From assembly GCA_964035545.1 (NCBI GenBank), contig OZ037773.1, positions 7,221,751-7,285,750 on the forward strand: DNA of 64,000 nucleotides. Direction: 5' to 3'. Below the pieces are notes generated by a model. That model searched no databases, was not told the origin of the DNA, and saw only the letters and a list, made by a program, of their open reading frames with translations. This DNA is from Bugula neritina (taxonomy: Eukaryota; Animalia; Bryozoa). The number at the start of each line of letters is the position of its first letter. The stretch's first letter is position 1. Of the stretch, positions 11,701 to 22,867 are shown piece after piece. The translations under genes and the position numbers were made by a program.

Positions 11701-14700
11701 GACTCATTCTGAATGGTGTCGTCAGGTGAAGGATACTGTGACACATCTGATGACATGACACCTGCAACATAAGCAGGTGCTCTATAAAGTATGCACACAT
11801 AGCAGTTAGTGGCAGAAGTTAGTAAAGGTAAGAAAAAAGTTTAGCAGTTGAATTTTGGTGAACACTTGGTCTAAAAATTCTCATCTGACCAACTCTCCCA
11901 ACTACAAACCAACTTTTTAAGATAGTAATGGGAATTTTCAGAAAAAATAATGGTTATTTAAAGCATACTGAAAGGAGCAAATAATTTATTTCATCTACTG
12001 CCCAACCTGCCTTTTAGGCTTTAGCAATGTCCAAATATAATTTCTTTATTGGATAAGCTAGCAGTGATACACATATCTGCTATATTGATGAATTCCAAAG
12101 ACATTGACTGTAAGAAAGTAACTACCAATATGTTTTCCACACAGTAGCAGTCTGAAACCAGGAAAATATCTACAACATGTGTTAGAGTATACCTGACTGA
12201 GCATTATCCCCACCAACATTTGCCAGTTGCTGTGGTTCCGTGGAGTAAGACTCTGTGCCACTAATATGAACACCTGCAAGAAATGATATATTATATGACA
12301 CACACCTGCAAGAGATGACATGCTATATGACACACACCTGCAAGAGATGACATGCTATATGACACGCACCTGCAAGAGATGACATGTTATATGACACACA
12401 CCTGCAAGAGATGACATGTCATACGACACACACCTGCAAGAGATGACATGTCATATAGCACACACCTGCAAGAGATGACATATTATAAGACACACACCTG
12501 AAAGAGACAGTTTTCATACCAGTATTCGTAAAAGCACCTCAAAAAGAAAGAGAAAACATCGATGGCACGGGCTGAAAGAGAAAGAGTTACCTGACATGTT
12601 GTAAACCATATCTTTCAGAGTGCCGTCAGACAAATTAGGCATGTCCGCTGTACCAACTGAGGTAAAGTAGCTGACAGGCTGAAGGCTAGCTGACTGTGCA
12701 ACATAGGCAGCAGGTAGGTCAGTATCTACAGAGGCAGCATACGACACATGTGGTGAGCTCGTTCCCGAAGAATAGTCCGAGAATGTTTGCTGGCCAGTCA
12801 AACCAGAAGCAGGCATCAGTCCAGATGTGCTGGCACAGTGACTACGATGGGCATTGAGAGGTGATGAAGCATATGGTTGAGCACAGTTACCACCCACTGT
12901 GTTACTCACATTAGCTCCGTAACTGTCAGTATAGCCGGACGTAACATTGTCTTCTGGTGAACTGACATATGCAGAAGGTGCTCCAGGACTGGCATACGGA
13001 CTGACATAACTTGCAGGTGCTTTGGTGCCTGCAGGACTTGTGTATGGGCTGGCATACTCTGGAAAAGTATGGCTGCCTCCAGGGCTAGTATATGGACTAA
13101 CATAGCTAGGAGGAGCATCACTGCTCCCAGGATTTGCATAAGGATGAACATAGTCGGAGAAAAACGGATTTGTACCAGGGCTCGAGTATGAACTGGAACT
13201 CGGACTGATGTACTCAGCTGGTGGATGAGTACCCTTTGGACTAGTGTACCCTGCAGATGGATGACTACCCCCTGGACTGGGGTACCCTGCAGATGGATGA
13301 CTACCCCCTGGACTGGGGTACCCTGCAGATGGATGACTACCCCCTGGACTGGGGTACCCTGCAGATGGATGACTACCCCCTGGACTAGTGTATCGTGCAG
13401 GAGCATGCGTACCTCCTACTGGCGGCTGACCAGGGGGTTGGCTATAAGACAAGCCCTCATTGTGATTAGAATATCCGTCACTTGTATGAGATGGTGCTGG
13501 TATGTCACGAGCAGCGACTGAGCTCTCATTGTCAGGCGGCAGCACCATTTGCCCGTTGGACATCATTCGCATCATCGACATCACCTGACTTTTAGAGATT
13601 TTGTTTTCTCCCAGGTGCTCACGTAGGTATCGCTGCCCTTCCTTCTCACTGTAAATTATAGAACCACAGCTAATTTTAGTTGTATTCTTGTAAACTTTGA
13701 CACTAGAGCTTCAAACAGAGAGACAAAACTTTCATATCAAATTACCTTTCCCAGATTGCACCAACAAGTTTAAGTGTACCACGGTTTTGACTATATATCA
13801 TAAAATGTAGTGTTAAAAGTGCTTAAAGCTGATATAATTATTTTGTGAAAATCTTTAAGATCAACTAAGACTTTCATCTCAGTCTGAGATGCGTGTGATG
13901 GCTTGCTGCAAATGCAAGCTATATACTTATATATACGCACCTGACAATGTAGTTCATACAGACGATATACTGCGGGCACTTGGATGTGTTGTATACAATA
14001 GTGGCCCGAGTTTGCAGCCAGCACCATTCATTGTTCTTGTTAAGAAACCTGTAGTACTTGCTGATATTCGTACCTGCTGTCATCACTACAACACAAACCA
14101 GTAGACATCAGTAGACACCGAACTAAGTTACACAACAGTAGCCTCTGTTTCCAGTTACACAACAGTAGCCCGTATTCTAAGTTACACTAAATTAGCCTGT
14201 GTCCCTAATTACACTGCAGTAGCTTGTGCTCAAAGTTACATTACATTAGTTTGTACTTCTATCATCTAAACTCTAAAGTAAATAAACTAGGAACAGTTAC
14301 TAAACAAATTTAAAAAAAATTCTTGCTCTAAAATTAGATAAATGAAAATTAAAGATATATGCGGAGAGATTTTTTTTCGACAGTGAAAAAATTCGTACCA
14401 TTTATACCGTGGAAAAATAAGGTTATAGACAGTAGGAGTTGTCAACTCAGAAAAGACCGGTTTGCTGAGTTTTCTACCAGCCATTACACCAACATTTAGG
14501 GCACAGATGGCAAAAGTTTAGTCCACCACGTTTTTTTTATTTATCTGTTGTAACCGCAAACACCATATTACACCTTTCATCAATAAAGAAATGAATAAAA
14601 ATATAAGTTGTTTTTCCAACTGATTATTAGATTAAACATTCCGGTATAACCCGATACATGCCAACAGAGGTGTTAGGATTACTTTAAGAGATTCTCAGAC

Positions 14701-17700
14701 AGCCTAAAGCTGAGTCAGAAAATGCCAGACAATTGTTTTACTGTTGAGGAAACAATGAGTGATATCCTAAGATGGCATATTGTGTAGATAATATATTGAC
14801 ACTTGCAATGTCAGACCTCATGTATATTGCTCATAAAATCATGTGCCCCATCAATCTTCGCTGCATGGCAACATTCCATAGCCAAAAATTTCCATCATGA
14901 TCATTAAAAGTTGCTGCTAACCATGCATCTGATTGGCTATTATAGGGAGACCAAATGCTGCACTCTAGAACAGCTAACTGATGCTTTAAACACTATTCAG
15001 TTTTAATTTACCAAAAAAGTGAAGAGTAACGCAGACAATAATCAGTTTAAACATAAGGTGACCAAAGTTGCCTTTAGACTTTATGTTAAATCTAGTTGAA
15101 GATATCTTTAACACAAAATCAAACATGTATTCAAAAAAGTATGTTTCGCATTGTGTGAAGACTTCACTGACATATTTAGCTGCTAAATCGGAAGGAAGGA
15201 AAAGCGTCACTGTGATGATAACAATCCTGTCATTGTATAATCCTCGTGTCAAAATATTTCACTCCAACAAATAAACCATGACACTTGCTGCAAGTACTCT
15301 AAATATTTTAATAAACATGAAAATTGTTCCCATTAATAGCCACCATGATGTGTGCGAAATCATTACTGTGGTGTACCTGCAGATTTGGAGCTAAGGGCAT
15401 GTTTGGTATAAACATTAGTTTATAGACTGAGCCTACTGCATGAGAATCAGTGCCATCCCTCTTAAATTTCACTCATTTAGCCGAGTCACTTCCACTACCT
15501 CAATTTTCATCTTTTCAATTACATAAAGCTGATAGATTTGTTAACACTTTGGAGCTTACGCTGATTATTAGAATTGCAATTAACAAAAAAGATCCAAAGT
15601 TACATAAATGGAAATTAATTATTTTACAATTTTAAAAATATCATATTCCATTTTTCAGAGTGGAGCCTGGTGAAACTGATTAATCTGAAGATATGCATTT
15701 TATTTTATGAGAGAAATTGGGTGAACAATTTCAAAATGTTTATGGGCTCAGCTTTAAATAACACACTTCAATTTAACATTAATAATACATTTCAATAATA
15801 ACAATACACTTCAGTTTAAACTTAGACTTTAAAAAACAGGAAGAAATTTAGTGATAATTTTACATTTGATTACACCTGCTGTTTTATATTATGATTATTG
15901 ATTACCACTCTTACCCATTAAAATGCCAAGAAATAAGAATAATTTCAATATATAAATGTATTTTTAGTTGACAACTAAAATAACAAAAGTATATAAAAAT
16001 GACCTCTTTCAATTAAACCGCTTTTTCAAATTTTTCTAAGATTTTTTAACTGAAAGTGTGATGGGAGGGCTGGTTGCTGAAATCACGACTCAAAGCCATG
16101 TGAATATCACGAATACAATGCATGATGCTAGTGGATTATATTTTAACAAAATACATAATACGTGACAAAACACCGATAAAAGTCTTGGCAGTTAGACTTA
16201 ATGGAAGAGAGAACATTGGGGTGAAGACAAGAAATAGAGCTACCATTTGGCACTCTTTCGAAGAAATGAAGTAAAAAAGCGAACACATGTTAAACTTGAG
16301 GCTTTGGTACTTTAACATGCAACGTATGACCTCTGTTAATGAAAGAAACTATTCTTGATAAAGTGAAATAGTTTTATTTTAGATTCATTTTCGATAATAA
16401 AATTTATTTCAATTCGTGAAGGCATAATCAGAAAAAGAAAATTTTTGAGTCTTAATGGTAGAATTTAACAATTTTAAGGTAATTTATTAGTTTTTAAGAT
16501 AGCAAATGACGCAGTGATAATACAGTTAAATTTAATAACATTGTAGTTGATCCATCTTGACTGCTGATAGCCATGTGACTAAAACTTACAATTGCTAATA
16601 GTCATGTGACTAAAACTTACAACTGCTAATAATCATGTGACTAAAACTTACAACTGCTAATAGTCATGTGACTAAAACTTACAACTGCTAATAGTCATGT
16701 GACTAGAACTTACAACTGCTAATAGTCATGTGACTAAAACTTACAACTGCTAATAATCATGTGACTAAAACTTACAACTGCTAATAGTCATGTGACTAAA
16801 ACTTACAACTGCTAATAGTCATGTGACTAAAACTTACAACTGCTAATAGTCATGTGACTAAAACTTACAACTGCTAATAGTCATGTGACTAAAACTTACA
16901 ACTGCTAATAATTATGTGACTAAAACTTACGGCTGCTGTGACATTTGCCGCACATCTCCAAGTCCCCGGGATGGTGGTATCTGTACATAGAGTTACCAGG
17001 AATCTCATCAGGTTCATAGCCCAACATGGTAGACAACCTAGACAGAGTTAAAACACAGCAGGTACAACAGTACGATACAAATCATACAGCATGTTATACC
17101 AGACCATGTTCTAGTATTGGCTATTATAAAATATTGTTTTTTTATCAGCTGTGGTCTAGCGGTTAGAGCACTGTCCTATTTAGTGCTAGGTTCTATTCTG
17201 TATTGGCTATGTCACAAAGAGCACCAGACCCCAACTGGACTTCTACCACAGCACCACTTAAACCCATACAATATGAAATATTCAAACCAGTTGATCTAGA
17301 ATTGGTTATTACAAGAAAGTAGATGCTGTATACAGAGTAGACTTGTTATCATACAGGTTCATGGGCTACACTCTAACCAACGAAAATCATATATAATATT
17401 GAATTGGTTAACACACACTCAACCCTTTGACCTATCGAATAGCATACAATTATGAATATCTCATAAATCACAGCTCAACAGTTGCAAACATTGCTGAAGT
17501 TAGTCCATCACATTCCACAGCACAGATAAACAAGAATTCTATTTAAATTTAAAGTCTGCAATTTTTTGCTTTGAAAGAGACCAAGGTTACAGTGAGTAAG
17601 CATAGTTAATGATGCAATCAAGTTGATGTGTATACTTGGTGGTGAGAACATCCTTGGTAAAGGTTATTAATCCTGCAAGCTATCCAGGGAGAATAATCAT

Positions 17701-19908
17701 AGATAGTTGTATATGTAAACAAACCTGCATTGTGCAAATATTTTCTTGTAAAGAAAAAAAGGGGCACAAAAGAAAACAGAAGGTTTATTTCATGCCATAA
17801 TTAGTTTGCCAAGACTGGGAGATGGATTGCAGGCAAAACTTCCACAGCCACATAATATTCATTGTGAGAAAAAGAAAAGTATTTTCAGTAAACACAACAG
17901 TAGGACTTGCTATGAGCTGTGGGTAAATAATATTAGGTTACCACACTTAATGCAGAAGTTTGATATTGTAGCTGTTGGTTGAAATGCTGCTAAAGACACT
18001 AGATACTCTGTACACTCTGTATATGAAGATATGGTTTATAGAGCACAGCCAGGTCACTATCACCTGGGAGTTCACTCACCTTGGATCACAATAGACGAAC
18101 TTCAAGTCCAGGCTGTGTCTACTAATAAACATATTTCCATCCATTTTCAGCTCCATAATAGGGGTGGGTTGTAGGGGCCTCACCACAGCTGCAAGGAAAC
18201 TTGGCTCATCATCCTAACAAATAGAGCGAGACTATACAGTAAAGAGTATAGAGGATGTAACGTTCTCCTGTCGGCCATTGAAGAGTAATGAGCAGTATAA
18301 AACATGCAGCATTAAAAAAATTAAAACATCTGTACACATGCTGAGAATTTCAACAGAAATAAGCACAGAGGTCCCTCCATATCCCACGATTTCATTTATC
18401 ATGACATTCCATAGGTCACGAGAAGGGGTTGGACCCCAGCTTCGTGGCTTATGTATGTGTGTATAGGGACAAACTGGCCGAAGTTCACAGATCCGTGAGT
18501 TAAATCTGGTATTCTACTATGTCATGAATTGAGGTTTAGTGAGACATGGAGGGAGCATTGTACAATAATTCCATGTGAAAGTTGCAGTAACTGCTGTAAA
18601 GGTTCTTTTACCATATGGTGCTTAGCCGCACAAGACAAAACTCTATACTGATCACAACCTCTACGTACCTCGCCGTATTGAATGTATCCAGTCCACTGTA
18701 GGAGCGAGTATTCCATCTGAGAAGAACTCAATGTTAAATTGCTTCTCAGTGATGACCCTGATCTCTTGTGATAATTGCATTTCATTCGAAGGAAGAATTG
18801 GCGTCTAGTGTCTTGAACTGGCATGGAATCTGTCAGCATATCAAATATATATGCAGGTTAACTGAGACGTCATCAAATAGACACGCCATCTTAACTCAAG
18901 AAAATACCTAGAGTAGTGACTGTCCATCTCAACACTAGCTTGTTCCCATACCTTAACCCATTACAACTAATATTATATATAAAACTACAGAGTAGTAGCA
19001 GGTAGCTACTCAACATTCTTCAACATGAAATTTACTACAAAAAACAAACTAAAGTGTCAGTAAAAATACCAACTTGCGGCCATTAAATAATTATACAAGA
19101 ATTTTCAGGATAAAATCTTGATATTTCTACCAGCAGGTAGTTCTGTTATTTTATGACCTGGCGAGTATTTCACTGGTTGGTTCTATTGAGAAAGTAATCT
19201 GGAAACAGTCAAGAAGGAGTTGAGAAACTATGATGTAGTGCATGTCTCAGTCAATATAATGCAACCCTTACCCCTCAGACTCCCCACCACAAGATTGCTC
19301 TATAGTCTATGGAGACAAAATCTATTATTTCCTGTGGGTTTCATATAAATCTGTTTTTTACTTCTAACCGCAGGATGACCAGCTAGATTATGTAAGAATG
19401 TGAACAATGGCCTTATCTGCTGGTACAGCAAAATATTGAGGCTCAGTGCAGTGGACTATTCTGAAAGGAAGCAACTTGACTCGTTAAAATCAAATATTTT
19501 TAATACTCATCTCTGCTAAAACAGTTTTACATGAGACATCACCGATTATGAAATTTCAGCTTAACTGGCCCCTAAACAAACACATTCAACATGGTGGAAT
19601 GGAGAAAGGTATGCCTGAGCACCTCGCAGTGTCGTGTAGGTGAGATCCATCTCCATGAGGTTGCCAGAGCTGGACAGCCCCAATCCGTGAACTGTAGATC
19701 CCTGGATCTTGTCTAGAAACTGCTTGCTCAGTTCTGCTCGGTCTTTCTCCAACACATAGTCTTCAATGTTCTTACCCAGCATATCAATCTGTGTAAGAAT
19801 ATAAATATTATATAATAATATACTGTAGTGATATGTTATATATCACTATGTTTATTGTACTGCACATTATATTATACTACATATATAATATAATATAATC
19901 ATAGAAAC

Positions 19909-19942
<34 letters not shown>

Positions 19943-22346
19943 TAATATATATATAAATATAATTTTAGTTTGATGTAACTATTACTGTTTAAAAATTTAT
20001 TTATTACTAGTTTATTTGATATTACTATTAGTTTATTTAAAAATAGTTTATTTATTACTGCACAATAGTTTATTTTGAGACCTGATTCAAACCAATATGT
20101 TTCTCCACGTTGTCCGAGACGTACACGATCTCTTTCTCAGGAGATATGATTATGAAGAAGCCACTCAAAGACTCTAACATCAAGTTCCCCTCTCCAATAT
20201 CTGACTTGAGCTTCTCGAATGCATCTTTATCTGCAACACACCACAACCTTGTCAGCTGGTCACAGAATATAGGCAGCTGGTCACAGAATACAGGCAGCTG
20301 GTCACAGAATATAGGCAGCTGGTCACAGAATATAGGCAGCTGGTCACAGAATACAGGCAGCTGGTCACAGAATATAGGCAGCTGGTCACAGAATATAGGC
20401 AGCTGGTCACAGAATATAGGCAGCTGGTCACAGAATATAGGCAGCTGGTCACAGAATACAGGCAGCTGGTCACAGAATATAGGCAGCTGGTCACAGAATA
20501 TAGGCAGCTGGTCACAGAATATAGGCAGCTGGTCACAGAATATAGGCAGCTGGTCACAGAATATAGGCGGCTGGTCACAGAATATAGGCAGCTGGTCACA
20601 GAATATAGGCAGCTGGTCACAGAATACAGGCAGCTGGTCACAGAATATAGGCAGCTGGTCACAGAATATAGGCAGCTGGTCACAGAATATAGGCAGCTGG
20701 TCACAGAATATAGGCAGCTGGTCACAGAATATAGGCGGCTGGTCACAGAATATAGGCAGCTGGTCACAGAATACAAGCAGACACATAGTGCCAGGTTAGG
20801 CCTTGTGATTGCTAGAACTATATCTTTACAGATGCTAGACAACCTATAATAATGTCTATTAGAAATAATAAAATCCCCACATCTGAAAGTGTTGGTTAGC
20901 TGATACAAAAAATGCAATGAGTAGCCCTGAAAATCCTATTATGAATCTTGAGGCAACCAAAAGAGAACTGGAGATAGAGTTAAATATGTCATCAACACAC
21001 TGATGTCTATTTTGTGTTTCTTTAAAAAAAAATCTGCTGACCTTCTCTACGGCTAGACAGCGTCTAGACAGCAGAGACAGCCTGGTTGACCAGCATCTAG
21101 CTGGTGATCCCATTACTGTCAGAAACAGACTCACATCTTTAATTATGTTTTCTAAGAATTTTAGCCCTTGTGCTAAACAGAGTTTCAATAAAAAAATAAA
21201 AAACTTGGGCTATAAAAATTTCTCCACTACTGCACCTAAATAGTCCCCTTTCCCTGCCGTGGTCCTTCGAGGGCGGGGGGGGGGGGGGGGGGGATTACTG
21301 CACCTACATGTGCACCTCAAATATTTACCAACATGTTTCATCTCCCTGTATAATAGAGTTATTCACTGATATCGAAGCTGTATTTTCAAGTCAAAAACAT
21401 ATTTTCAATAATCAGAACAAAGTTATGAAAAACAAATAGCGTATATTTATTTTTACACCCAATTGATAGCCATCAGTGATATTAATTCATATTCCATTTG
21501 ATATAATTATTCTATTTTAGGTAACAACATTGATCTAAATAATTGGTGTGTATTGATATACCTTTGAGCAGGTGGTTTACAGTAAACAGAAAATAATTTA
21601 TTATTTGATGTACTAATAGGATACTGCAATGCACTTGCTACAGGTAACAACAACTAACTCATTCAGACAGGTGGGGAGGGGTGGATACAGAAAAGGAGAG
21701 GTGGGGAGGGGTGGATATAGATATGGAGAGGTGGGGAGGGGTGGATATAGATATGGAGAGCTTACAAGAGGTGGATACAGTTGGGGAGAGGTTACGAGAG
21801 GTGGATACAGGTGAGGAGAGGTTACGAGAGGTGGATACAGGTGAGAAGTGGATACAGGTGGGGAGAGGTGGATACAGGTGGGGAGAGGTTACGAGAGGTG
21901 GATACAGGTTGAACTAAAGTAACTTATAACTGAAGTTTTAGACCACTAAACATGTAGAGGATGAAACCTTGCCATATATTGAGACCAAAACCCTTATGCC
22001 CCCTCGCCCTATGGCTGAATGGTAGGTCACCTTAAATCTAAACCACCAGCGCTGCAGCATCTACTTGAATTTACCAGATAAGTGAAAGCAGCTAAGCTAT
22101 AGGCAACACAGTAAGATTTTCAGGAGAATAGAAACAGAGTGTATAGGGTTTCTCACCAGAACCCATGTAGTTCCTTAGTTTGAGAAAAGTTATGGCTAGT
22201 CTGAGAATAGATGCCTTGTCCAGCCTCTTTGTGACGTTCCTGGGTAGCGGCAGCAAGTCAGCAATCTCGCATATCTCCTTCGACTCATCTGTACGTCTCT
22301 GTTTAGCATGAACTCTCGACTTCTCAGCTTTCTTTACTTGAGCCAT
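8779..22346 (-). CDS. bHLH-PAS transcription factor, divergent HIF-alpha/SIM/NPAS-class (class I), about 998 aa
   Basis: Exons: 22346-22157 (bHLH, EKSRVHAKQRR..LPLPRNVTKRLDKASILRLAITFLKLR), 20230-20082, 19788-19623, 18829-18669 (PAS-A), 18213-18080, 17037-16931, 14085-13941 (PAS-B/PAC, FISRHSLDLKFVYCD, YYRFLNKNNEWCWLQTRAT), 13648-12591, 12273-12193, 11761-11630, 11318-11179, 10894-10791, 10633-10557, 10210-10110, 9796-9670, 9297-9194, 8799-8779. All GT-AG and phase-consistent, totalling 2997 nt. The C-terminal exons rest on phase alone. An acceptor at 22369 with an open upstream frame means the N-terminus may be longer. Confidence 0.85.
9148..9168. repeat. Poly-G tract (about 21 nt)
   Basis: Direct G run in the last bHLH-PAS intron; a second run lies at about 21271-21293. 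Confidence 0.9.
10243..10410. repeat. (TAC/CAC)n trinucleotide microsatellite
   Basis: Seen directly; accounts for the spurious poly-Val and poly-Tyr ORFs. Confidence 0.95.
12265..12505 (-). repeat. 32-bp minisatellite whose unit contains the exon-9 splice acceptor (tcttgcag|gtgt), 8 units
   Basis: cctg at 12273, 12305, 12337, 12369, 12401, 12433, 12465 and 12497; the unit at 12273 is the in-frame acceptor. Confidence 0.9.
13215..13395 (-). repeat. Coding 36-bp repeat encoding (HPSAGYPSPGGS)n
   Basis: About 5 units within the 1058-bp exon 8 of the bHLH-PAS gene. Confidence 0.9.
14986..15300 (-). mobile_element. Possible relic of a P-element/THAP9-like transposase C-terminus in bHLH-PAS intron 6
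   Basis: The pattern CSKC...LFLPSD...EVFTQCETYF...GHLMFKLII..LHFFGK resembles the CxxC / L..PS / E..F / H..L...H...K tail of P-family transposases. Recognised by eye only; no termini found. Confidence 0.3.
16571..16935 (-). repeat. 31-bp minisatellite whose unit contains the exon-6 splice donor (gtaagttttagtcacat), 12 units
   Basis: taaaacttac recurs every 31 bp from 16580 to 16921; the last unit is the real donor at 16930. Confidence 0.92.
20252..20780. repeat. 21-bp minisatellite (agctggtcacagaatataggc), about 25 units, intron 1 of the bHLH-PAS gene
   Basis: Highly homogeneous; ends about 20 bp from the exon-2 acceptor; source of the CDQLPIF, SWSQNIG and SCLYSVT ORFs. Confidence 0.95.
21143..21239 (-). 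mobile_element. Truncated copy of the ~160-bp MITE family
   Basis: The reverse complement ttaggtgcagtagtggagaaat...gcccaagtt...aaattcttagaaaacataa matches the left half of 22705-22867. Confidence 0.6.
21665..21910. repeat. G-rich ~30-bp minisatellite (gtggatacaggtggggagaggttacgagag)
   Basis: About 8 diverged units seen directly. Confidence 0.85.
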
Positions 22347-22704
22347 TTCAACCCCTGCTTTCTCACAACTACAAGAGTGACCAGAGTTTCAGAGAATATT
22401 TGAATTGTGTTTGTGTTGTGCTATTGTACCCACTAGTTCCAGTATAAATTGCGTGTCATAAAGGTTTTCAAGGATATTGGATAAAAATAAATATATATTA
22501 TAAGGGTGCAGCTATATTAAGCTTTTTAATAACAAATTAATTTAGTAAACTTGCAGTTGAAATTGTTAAAAGTAAACACTTTATATACCAAACATGGTCG
22601 TCCACACAGCTCGTTTGCTGGCCTAACATTTCCTGTTTCCTTATTTGTGAGTTTGGCTAAATTGAAAGTAGAGTATTTGTAGTGGCACATGCTGAGGGGG
22701 GGCC

Positions 22705-22867
22705 TTAGGAGCAGTAGTGGAGAAATTGGGAGAGCCTAAGTTCTTCAAATTTCTTTATCGATTTTAGTTTGGGGCATGAGTTGAAATTCTTGCAAGAACA
22801 TAACTTCTTTTGCTACATTTCTAATCTAGAACACAGGCTCTTCCCAATTTCTCCATTATTGCAACTA
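22705..22867. mobile_element. ~160-bp MITE with ~30-bp TIRs (Tourist/Harbinger-like), copy A
   Basis: Ends tta-ggagcagtagtggagaaattgggagagcct and aggctcttcccaatttctccattattgcaacta; homologous to 38915-39067 and 46309-46471. Superfamily assignment is tentative. Confidence 0.75.

Noticed and set aside
12906-13521. Overlapping alternative-frame and antisense ORFs in exon 8
   Set aside because: Shadows of the 36-bp coding repeat.
16571-16935. CRISPR-like appearance of the 31-40 bp arrays (also 37221-37670)
   Set aside because: No unique spacers, no cas genes, and a eukaryotic intronic context.
20070-20917. Three long repetitive ORFs (CDQLPIF, SWSQNIG, SCLYSVT) as novel repeat proteins
   Set aside because: Products of a 21-bp intronic minisatellite; only 20230-20082 is a real exon.
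8779-22346. Assigning the symbol HIF1A or SIM
   Set aside because: The basic region is divergent and no ODD or C-TAD was found; orthology cannot be fixed without a tree.
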